DNA of 40,226 nucleotides, taken from Trueperaceae bacterium. GTDB lineage: Bacteria > Deinococcota > Deinococci > Deinococcales > Trueperaceae. Below, one piece after another: positions 33,516 to 40,226 of the stretch. The stretch lies in assembly GCA_040905465.1 (NCBI GenBank), contig JBBDRK010000035.1:1-40226 (forward strand), read 5' to 3'. Under the pieces are notes generated by a model. The model was not told the DNA's origin and did not search any database. It saw only the letters and a list, made by a program, of their open reading frames with translations. A program made the translations under genes and the position numbers. Each line of letters opens with the position of its first letter. Within the stretch, counting starts at the first letter, position 1.

Positions 33516-34058
33516 ATGGCGACGGACAGCAACAGGCCATCCGCAACGAGCGAGGGGACCTCAACGGGGCAAGCGGCCAAGGAGGTCGCCCACGAGGCCG
33601 GAAGTACCGCCAAGGAACTCGGTCGCGAGGCGATGGACCAGGCAAGATCGACGGCCGGTTACGTGCGTGAACAGGCGCGCACCTCGGTCGAGGAGAGCAA
33701 GAACCAGATGGCCCAACAGGTTGGCGGACTGGCCAAGGCGTTCCATCGCGGAAGCGAAGAGCTGAAGAACGACCAACTCGGACGTCTGGCGGAGCAGAGC
33801 GAGTGGCTGGCCGGGCGAATCGAGGAGCTGGAGCGGTACCTCCAGGAGCGGGACACCAGCGAACTGCTCGACGACATTCGCGGCGTTGCCCGAGCGCAAC
33901 CCGGCTGGTTCCTGGGCGGGTTGTTTGCCGCCGGAGTGATGAGCGCCCGCTTCCTGCACAGCAGCGAATCGAGCGCCAGCCAGCGCACCCGCCAAGGCAG
34001 CTCATATGGCGGAGGCATGGACCAGACGAGCCGGGCAACGGACACCACCAGGCTATGA
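33516..34058 (+). CDS. Hypothetical helical general-stress-type protein
   Basis: Hydrophilic helical repeats, then ERYLQERD...ARAQPGWFLGG.FAAG...ARFL membrane-anchor motif. First gene of a coupled cluster. Confidence 0.75.
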   Translation: MATDSNRPSATSEGTSTGQAAKEVAHEAGSTAKELGREAMDQARSTAGYVREQARTSVEESKNQMAQQVGGLAKAFHRGSEELKNDQLGRLAEQSEWLAGRIEELERYLQERDTSELLDDIRGVARAQPGWFLGGLFAAGVMSARFLHSSESSASQRTRQGSSYGGGMDQTSRATDTTRL

Positions 34059-34489
34059 CCGACGATCGGCAGCAAGCGGCCGGTACGGGCAAGCGGAGTT
34101 CGGCTGAGATCCGCTCGCAAATCGTGGCGACAAGGGCACGGCTGGCCTCGGACATAGATGCCGCGCGCATGAAGCTGAGCCGGCGTGGCCTCGAACACGA
34201 AGCGATGAGCGCCATTCGCGGCGTTCGCCACGAGGCGAGCGGCGCGATGTCCGGCTTCAGCACGTCGACGGATCGGCAGATGAGCCAACTGAGCCACCTG
34301 GCGGTGGATACCGTGAAGCGCTATCCCTTGGTGACCACTCTCGTGGGCATCGGTCTCGCCTTGCTTGCTTTCAGCAACGGCCGACGCGCCGGACCCCACG
34401 TCGACAGCACCATGGACAGCGAGGCGCCGTTCGTCAGGCCCACGGCCCGAACCGACCTGCCACCGACCGACACCGGCGCGCAGCGCTGA
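34055..34489 (+). CDS. DUF3618-like protein
   Basis: RSSAEIRSQIVATRARLASDIDA...KL and VKRYPLVTTLVGIGL. ATGA overlap with the upstream stop. Confidence 0.75.
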   Translation: MTDDRQQAAGTGKRSSAEIRSQIVATRARLASDIDAARMKLSRRGLEHEAMSAIRGVRHEASGAMSGFSTSTDRQMSQLSHLAVDTVKRYPLVTTLVGIGLALLAFSNGRRAGPHVDSTMDSEAPFVRPTARTDLPPTDTGAQR

Positions 34490-34511
34490 AACCCGGAGCA
34501 AAGGGGAAACT

Positions 34512-34916
34512 GTGGACACACACGGCAGACACGACGCATTCGAACGTTCGTTGGGCGACGTCCTGTCGGACCTCTTTCGCGACGGTTCCGACCTGATACG
34601 CCAGGAAATCGATCTCGCCAAGACGGAGATGCGGGAAAACGTTTCGCGCATCGCCCGCGACGGCGTCGGAATAGCCATCGGTGGAGCGCTCGCGTTCGTT
34701 GGCCTCCTCGCCCTCGTCGCGGCGGCCATTCTGGGACTAGCCGAAGTGATGCCGGCCTGGGCGGCAGCGCTCGTTGTAGGTGCCGCTCTGGCGCTGATCG
34801 GGTTGGTTATGGTGATGGCGAATTTGCGGGCGATGCGAGAGACCGGCCTGACACCGCGAAAGACGATGGAAACGATTCGTGAAGACGCACGCATGGTGAA
34901 GGAGAAGTTCGCATGA
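34512..34916 (+). CDS. YqjE/YhjD-like (phage holin family 3_6) membrane protein
   Basis: RSLGDVLSDL...LIRQEIDLAKTEM, two TM helices, P.KTMETIRED. GTG start after AAGGGG. Confidence 0.85.
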   Translation: MDTHGRHDAFERSLGDVLSDLFRDGSDLIRQEIDLAKTEMRENVSRIARDGVGIAIGGALAFVGLLALVAAAILGLAEVMPAWAAALVVGAALALIGLVMVMANLRAMRETGLTPRKTMETIREDARMVKEKFA

Positions 34917-35443
34917 GTGACTGGGACCGCTACGGCAAGGAAAGCGACGCTCGAGAGGCTGTATACGAGTCGGACTACTACGGAACCGAGTCGGATTCCG
35001 GGCTGCGGAGCCGTGCCCGTCACGGCATGGAGCAGATGGGTCACTCCGCGCAGGAGGTTGGCGGAAAGGCCCGCCGCGGATTCGACCATTACTTCCATCG
35101 CCATCCGCTGATCGTGGGGGCAGGTGCGCTCGCGGTGGGATTCGCCGTAGGCATGATGCTTCCGAGCACTCGCCAGGAGAACCGCTGGCTGGGCGAGGCG
35201 TCCGACCGGATGAAGGAACGCACCCGCGAAGCAGCCGGCAAGGTGGGCGACGTGGCCAAGGCGTCGTTCGATGAGGCGCGGGACACCGCCAAGAGTGAAA
35301 TGGAGCAGCGGCACATGGACCCGCAGAGTTTGCGGGAAGGCGTCCACGAAGTGGCCCACGAAGCCCGCGAAGTGGCTGAGAAGACCGCCCAGGAGGCGCG
35401 CCGGGCCGCCGAAGAGGAAGCCGAACGCAACAAACTGCGTTGA
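34913..35443 (+). CDS. Hypothetical ElaB/YqjD-like stress protein
   Basis: HPLIVGAGALAVGFAVGMMLPSTRQENRWLGEASD motif and helical repeats. ATGA overlap. Confidence 0.75.
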   Translation: MSDWDRYGKESDAREAVYESDYYGTESDSGLRSRARHGMEQMGHSAQEVGGKARRGFDHYFHRHPLIVGAGALAVGFAVGMMLPSTRQENRWLGEASDRMKERTREAAGKVGDVAKASFDEARDTAKSEMEQRHMDPQSLREGVHEVAHEAREVAEKTAQEARRAAEEEAERNKLR

Positions 35444-35483
35444 AGGGGACAATCGTGGGCCTGCAGCCCAGTTGGCCAGCCGC

Positions 35484-36377
35484 TCAGTCGTGGCTGCTGG
35501 CCTCTCCCCCGGCCGCCATGCCCTCAGGCGTGCCGGCCTTCCTGCCCCCCTTGCGGCGCCGGGTTTCTACCTGGGTGAATTCGGCGCCGAACAGCAGGAT
35601 CTGCGCCGAGAAGTAGATCCACAGGAGCAGCACCACGAGAGAACCGGCTGCCCCGTATGCCGAGTTGGCGCCGGAGGTTCCCAGGTAGATGCCTATCAGG
35701 ACCTCCCCTATCTTGAAGAGGATCGCAGTGAGGAGCGCCCCTCGCCACACGTCGCGCCACTGCAGTTCGACATCCGGCAGCACCTTGAAGATTCCGGCGA
35801 AAACGACAGCCACTAGCGCCAGCGTGAGAAGCAGATTCAGTAGATACCAGAGCCACGCACCACCCGGCAGAACGCCGGCGAAGTTCGACACGACCACGTT
35901 CAGGGCGGCCTGCAAGATGAATGACAGAAGCAGCAGGAAACCTAGCAGCAGCACCATACCGAGACCTCGCAGCCGCATTACGAGCAGGTGCCGTATGCCA
36001 CCGGTGCGATCAGCCGGTACATCCCAGATTTCGTTCATCGCCATCTGCAGTTGAGCGAAAACGGTGGTCGCTCCCAGCAACAAGGTGGCGATTCCGATAA
36101 AGGTGGCAAGTACGCCTGCGCCCGTTTCAGCCGTGCGTTCGATCATCGTCTCGATCAGCCCGGCGCTGTCGGCCCCAACGCGCAGCTCGAGTTGAGCTAC
36201 GAGCTGCTGGCGCGCATCTTCGGTGCCATAAACGAGTCCGATGACGCCGATGACGATGATCAGGAGGGGCGCCAATGAGAAGACGGTGTAGTACGCCAAC
36301 GCGGCCGCAAGCCTGGGGATCTTGTGTTGGCCGAACTGAAGCGCGCTGTTCTTGAGGTCGAGCCAGAACTGTTTCAA
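35484..36377 (-). CDS. YihY/BrkB family membrane protein
   Basis: AAALAYYTVFSLAP, LQMAMNEIW, YGAAGSLVVLLLWIYFSAQILLFGAEF. TTG start after GGGAGGG. Confidence 0.92.
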   Translation of the reverse strand: MKQFWLDLKNSALQFGQHKIPRLAAALAYYTVFSLAPLLIIVIGVIGLVYGTEDARQQLVAQLELRVGADSAGLIETMIERTAETGAGVLATFIGIATLLLGATTVFAQLQMAMNEIWDVPADRTGGIRHLLVMRLRGLGMVLLLGFLLLLSFILQAALNVVVSNFAGVLPGGAWLWYLLNLLLTLALVAVVFAGIFKVLPDVELQWRDVWRGALLTAILFKIGEVLIGIYLGTSGANSAYGAAGSLVVLLLWIYFSAQILLFGAEFTQVETRRRKGGRKAGTPEGMAAGGEASSHD

Positions 36378-36555
36378 CGTTCCCTCCCAGATGACAGGGT
36401 CGTCGGGAAGGTCGAGGGTTACAAGGGTGGGGCATACAGCATCCCGATCCGGACTCCCAGCGGAAACAGGGGCAGACGCCGAGGCGTTCGCAGCCGAGAG
36501 GGCGATCGCGAGCCCACGTCGGCGGCACAATTGGGCAGAGCCGTTAGAGTAGGGC

Positions 36556-36906
36556 ATGAACGAGGACACGATTTTCGGCAAGATAGTGCGTGGCGACGTA
36601 CCGGCGGACATCCTCTACAAGGACGACCTGGTAACTGCCTTTCGCGACATCGGCCCTCAGGCGCCGACACACATACTCATCGTCCCCAACGAACCGGTCG
36701 CCACGGTAGACGACGTGCAGGAGAAAGACGAGCCGGCCTTGGGGCGCATGTTCACGGTCGCCCGCAGGCTGGCGAAGAGCGAGGGGCTGGAACGGGGTTA
36801 CCGGCTCATCGTCAACTGCAACGAGCACGCCAACCAGGAGGTCTTCCACCTCCACATGCATCTTCTGGGCGGCAGGCCGCTCGGTCCGATGCTTGCTCGG
36901 GGATAA
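36556..36906 (+). CDS. hinT: Histidine triad nucleotide-binding protein
   Basis: [37 protein letters not shown]. Leaderless TAGAGT at 36545-36550. Confidence 0.95.
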   Translation: MNEDTIFGKIVRGDVPADILYKDDLVTAFRDIGPQAPTHILIVPNEPVATVDDVQEKDEPALGRMFTVARRLAKSEGLERGYRLIVNCNEHANQEVFHLHMHLLGGRPLGPMLARG

Positions 36907-36970
36907 TAGCGGCAACGACACCGGCGCCGTCTTGCCGGGTTGCTAGACTCCACAGCATGGGAGCCAAGCG

Positions 36971-37573
36971 ATGCCCGAGCTGATCGCGGCTACGTTGCGG
37001 CTCAGCGGCGAACACTACCTCGAACTCGCCGGCATCGAACTTCGCGTGGTGATGTCGGTGGTGTATCTCGCCGGCCTGTCGGCCGCCCTGGGACAGAGCC
37101 TGGTGCTGTTCGCCAGCAGGGTACGTCCACATCGATTCCTTGCAAGCCTGCTACTCTCCGCCGTCATATTCGTGATCGGCCTGCTCCTTTGGAGCCTGTC
37201 GATCTGGTTCGTCGGTCGCTACGGTTACTCGCGCGAAGTTCCCTACGCGATCGTGTTGCGAGCCATGGCGCTGGCGTTCAGCCCGTACCTGTTCAGCTTT
37301 TTCGTGCTGACTCCCTATTTCGGCTCGTTCCTGTGGATGGCGCTCTCCATCTGGACGCTCCTCGCCCTGGTGATCGCGACCGGAGTTGTGCTCGATCTGA
37401 CCCTGTGGCAGGCGCTGCTGTGCAACGCCGGGGGTTGGCTGCTGCTGCAACTCCTGGGGCGAACCATCGGCAAACCCGTGCTGCTGTTGTCCGGAGCTAT
37501 GCGCAGATGGGTGGCGGGCACCAGCCTGGTTCGACTGAAGGAAATGAGAGCCGAACGGCGCGAGGAGACCTGA
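36971..37573 (+). CDS. Multi-pass membrane hypothetical protein (Yip1-like topology)
   Basis: About 5 hydrophobic helices; AGLSAALGQSLVLFASRV motif. Confidence 0.75.
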   Translation: MPELIAATLRLSGEHYLELAGIELRVVMSVVYLAGLSAALGQSLVLFASRVRPHRFLASLLLSAVIFVIGLLLWSLSIWFVGRYGYSREVPYAIVLRAMALAFSPYLFSFFVLTPYFGSFLWMALSIWTLLALVIATGVVLDLTLWQALLCNAGGWLLLQLLGRTIGKPVLLLSGAMRRWVAGTSLVRLKEMRAERREET

Positions 37574-37574
37574 G

Positions 37575-38612
37575 GTGGGCTTCGACGTCTGGAACCTCAT
37601 TGCAATCGCCGGAATCGCCCTCCTGGTGGGTGGACTGTTGTCTCCGCTGGAGACCCTCGGTTGGTGGGCGGGCTGGTTCGGCCGCGGAGGCAGCGAGCTC
37701 GCCCTGGCTGAACAGACGAGGCCGGAGGGTGCCGACGAACAACGTCACTTCCTGGTGTTCCTGACGGGCGTTCACAGCGTATCGGGACAGACGTTCGCGC
37801 GCCGCGAGCAGAACCTCCTTAGGGAGCTACGGACGAGACTACCGGACAGCGCCGTTGTGGAAGTCTTTCCCTATTCGGTAACCAACCGGGCCCTTACCGG
37901 ACAGCGGGTGTTCGGTTGGTTCTGGCGCTGGGCACTGTCGATGAAGCTCAGCCGGCGGACGCTGGCCGGCATTGCCGGAATGGTGATCAACCTGCGTAAC
38001 CTGTGGCAGGTGGCAGTTTCGGCCGATCGTCGCTACGGCCCCCTCTACAACCAGGGTTCAGCGGAGCTGATTGTCGGAGCGCTCGTAGCCTCCGGTTACC
38101 GGATCGGCAGCGGAATGCCGGTCACTCTGATCGGTTACAGCGGCGGGGGCCAGGTAGCGGTCGGCGCCGCCGGTCACCTCTCGGAGATGCTGGCCTGTTC
38201 GATCCGGGTAATCTCTATCGGCGGAGTGATGAGTTCGGACCCAGGCCTGCACGGCGTGCACCGTCTCTATCACCTTGCCGGCAGAGGTGACATGGTCCAG
38301 CGACTCTCATTGCTTTTCTTTCCGGGACGGTGGCGCTTGGTCACCTACTCCGCCTGGAACCAGGCGCTGGCGGCCGGGCGGATACGACATGTGGATCTGG
38401 GTCCGATGAACCATACGGGGGCTGGCGGCTACCTCGACTCGGCGAGCTTTCTCGACGACTCGCGCAGTTATCTGCAGGCAACGGTGGACGAGATCGCTCG
38501 CATCGTGGACGAAGCGGAAGTGGAAGCCGCCCAGGAAACCGCGGCCGCGTCAACGATGCTCACCCCAGACTCGTCGCAACACCCCGCAAACCTCGCCCAG
38601 GGTCGCCCGTGA
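37575..38612 (+). CDS. Membrane-anchored alpha/beta-hydrolase-like hypothetical protein
   Basis: N-terminal TM with [16 protein letters not shown] elbow, GRGD, MNHTG candidate Ser-Asp-His triad. Confidence 0.7.
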   Translation: MGFDVWNLIAIAGIALLVGGLLSPLETLGWWAGWFGRGGSELALAEQTRPEGADEQRHFLVFLTGVHSVSGQTFARREQNLLRELRTRLPDSAVVEVFPYSVTNRALTGQRVFGWFWRWALSMKLSRRTLAGIAGMVINLRNLWQVAVSADRRYGPLYNQGSAELIVGALVASGYRIGSGMPVTLIGYSGGGQVAVGAAGHLSEMLACSIRVISIGGVMSSDPGLHGVHRLYHLAGRGDMVQRLSLLFFPGRWRLVTYSAWNQALAAGRIRHVDLGPMNHTGAGGYLDSASFLDDSRSYLQATVDEIARIVDEAEVEAAQETAAASTMLTPDSSQHPANLAQGRP

Positions 38613-40082
38613 CCGCAGAGCTGCGTGAACCGGCGGGAACAGGTTGTCGCCCCCTTCGGCGGTTGCTCGCAACTCCTCCAGAGCCGCTGACACGGCGACC
38701 CCGTCGCGCTTCCGCCGATATTCGACGATCTCCTCACAGCGGCGCCGCTGCACTGTAGGGTCGATCTCCTGCACCGGGACGATCGACTCCTTGTCGTCGA
38801 GGCGGAAGGCGTTTACCCCCACCACCGTGCGCTCTCCCGACTCCACCTCGCGCTGGAAGCGGTAAGCCGCCTCCTCGATCTCCTGTTGAATGAAACCGGC
38901 CTCGACGGCCGCGACACTGCCCCCGAGGTCCTCGATCTGTTGCAGCAGCCGCCCGGCTTCTGTCTCCAGCTCATCGGTCAGGTGTTCGACGTAGAACGAT
39001 CCGGCCAGCGGGTCGACCGCTTCGGCCACTCCCGTCTCATGAGCAAGTATCTGCTGGGTACGCAATGCGGTTCGTGCAGACTCCGAGGTCGGCAGGCCGA
39101 GCGCTTCGTCCTTGGCATTGGTATGCAGGCTCTGCGTTCCGCCCAGTACCGCCGCCAGCGCCTGGTAGGCGGTTCGCACCACGTTGTTGTCGACCTGTTG
39201 CGCGGTTAGAGTCGAGCCGCCCGTTTGCGTATGAAAGCGCATCATCATCGCCTTCTGGTCACGTGCTCCGAACTCGTCGCGAGTCAACCGGGCCCACATG
39301 CGCCGGGCCGCGCGAAACTTCGCTGCCTCCTCGAGAATCCGTCCATGGCAGGCGAAGAAGAACGACAGCCGGGGTGCGAAGCGGTCCAGCTCCATTCCCG
39401 CTTCGAGTGCCGCCCGCACGTACGCTTTGGCATTGGCCAGCGTGAAGGCGATCTCCTGGGCGGCCGTCGAGCCGGCCTCGCGTATGTGATAGCCGGAGAT
39501 CGATATGGTGTTCCAGTTGGGTACGTGTTCGGCGCAGAAGGCGAAGGTGTCGGTCACCAGCCGCATCGAGGGCCGGACCGGATAGATGTAGGTACCGCGG
39601 GCGATGTACTCCTTGAGGATGTCGTTCTGCACGGTTCCGCCGAGCTTGTCGAACGGCACGCCCTGCTCCTCTGCGACCAGCAGGTAGAGCGCCAGCAGCA
39701 TCATCGCCGGCGCGTTTATGGTCATCGAGGTGGTTACCTCGGCCAGGGGAATCTGGTCGAACAAGCGTCTCATGTCGTCGACGCTGGCGATCGAGACTCC
39801 GACCCGCCCCACCTCACCTGCCGAGAGGCGATCGTCGGGATCGAGTCCGAGCTGGGTGGGCAAGTCGAACGCAACCGACAACCCGGTAACGCCCTGGGAG
39901 ATGAGGAAGCGGTAACGCTCGTTCGACTCCGCGGCCGAGCCGAATCCGGCGTACTGACGCATGGTCCACAGACGGCCGTCGCTGTACATTCGCGGATAGA
40001 CGCCCCGGGTGAACGGAAACTCGCCGGGCCGGCCCAGGCGCTCGTCGAGACCGCGCGGCGGGCCGTCGTAGATGGGCTCCAT
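38550..40082 (-). CDS. Methylmalonyl-CoA mutase, substrate-binding (large) subunit
   Basis: [57 protein letters not shown]. No B12-binding DxHxxG domain. ATG 40082 lies 6 nt after TATAAT. Confidence 0.95.
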   Translation of the reverse strand: MEPIYDGPPRGLDERLGRPGEFPFTRGVYPRMYSDGRLWTMRQYAGFGSAAESNERYRFLISQGVTGLSVAFDLPTQLGLDPDDRLSAGEVGRVGVSIASVDDMRRLFDQIPLAEVTTSMTINAPAMMLLALYLLVAEEQGVPFDKLGGTVQNDILKEYIARGTYIYPVRPSMRLVTDTFAFCAEHVPNWNTISISGYHIREAGSTAAQEIAFTLANAKAYVRAALEAGMELDRFAPRLSFFFACHGRILEEAAKFRAARRMWARLTRDEFGARDQKAMMMRFHTQTGGSTLTAQQVDNNVVRTAYQALAAVLGGTQSLHTNAKDEALGLPTSESARTALRTQQILAHETGVAEAVDPLAGSFYVEHLTDELETEAGRLLQQIEDLGGSVAAVEAGFIQQEIEEAAYRFQREVESGERTVVGVNAFRLDDKESIVPVQEIDPTVQRRRCEEIVEYRRKRDGVAVSAALEELRATAEGGDNLFPPVHAALRSRATLGEVCGVLRRVWGEHR

Positions 40083-40226
40083 ATCGCGATTATAGTTCGT
40101 GCCCAACGCGGCCGGATGTCGGAGGCGGTGAATTTCGGGTCATCACGCCCGGCGTGGTGGGTAAGAAGCGTTTGACACTCCCCTTTGCTAAAGCGGGGGG
40201 ATTCTTGCTTCAACCGCAACCGCCTC

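Noticed and set aside
34512..34916. Holin as evidence of a prophage
   Set aside because: This family (YqjE-like) is usually chromosomal, and there are no endolysin, integrase or structural phage genes in the window.
38550..40082. Isobutyryl-CoA mutase rather than methylmalonyl-CoA mutase
   Set aside because: RQYAGF has Tyr (not Phe) at the specificity position and ARGT keeps the Arg, consistent with methylmalonyl-CoA mutase.
40172..40226. Sigma70 promoter or RNA gene start at the right edge
   Set aside because: TTGACA at 40172-40177 has no -10 box at proper spacing, and too little downstream sequence is available.

Overview
High-GC bacterial chromosome segment, most likely Deinococcota (Trueperaceae-like). 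This is inferred from the Thermus/Deinococcus-type L28, the long-N-terminus HflX, YpdA, PilC and repeated leaderless TANNNT promoters. Positions 1-5580 look accessory: the 3' part of a ZIP transporter, an unknown secreted protein, an alpha/beta-hydrolase-glycosyltransferase fusion, and a TetR with matching operators in both promoters. A lower-GC scar follows, holding a palindromic dif-like site, a truncated ORF and an IR-bounded IS3 remnant. Positions 5583-40226 are mostly housekeeping: pilC, nth, ypdA, a DHH-CBS tRNA nucleotidyltransferase, an M50 protein lacking HExxH, a kinase-NHL/PP2C/DsbA/3x Roadblock block, deoD, hbd, enoyl-CoA hydratase, thiolase, hflX (apparent ATC start), a UbiD-family decarboxylase, a cupin-HD-GYP protein plus a small secreted Cys-pair protein, znuACB, rpmB, pyrE, a DUF3618/YqjE/YihY stress-type cluster, hinT and methylmalonyl-CoA mutase. 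No rRNA, tRNA or CRISPR array was seen. All family calls come from motif recognition by eye; no searches were run. The best candidates for undescribed biology are the HD-GYP/secreted-protein pair, the TetR-controlled hydrolase-GT fusion, the dif-like locus and the ATC-initiated hflX.
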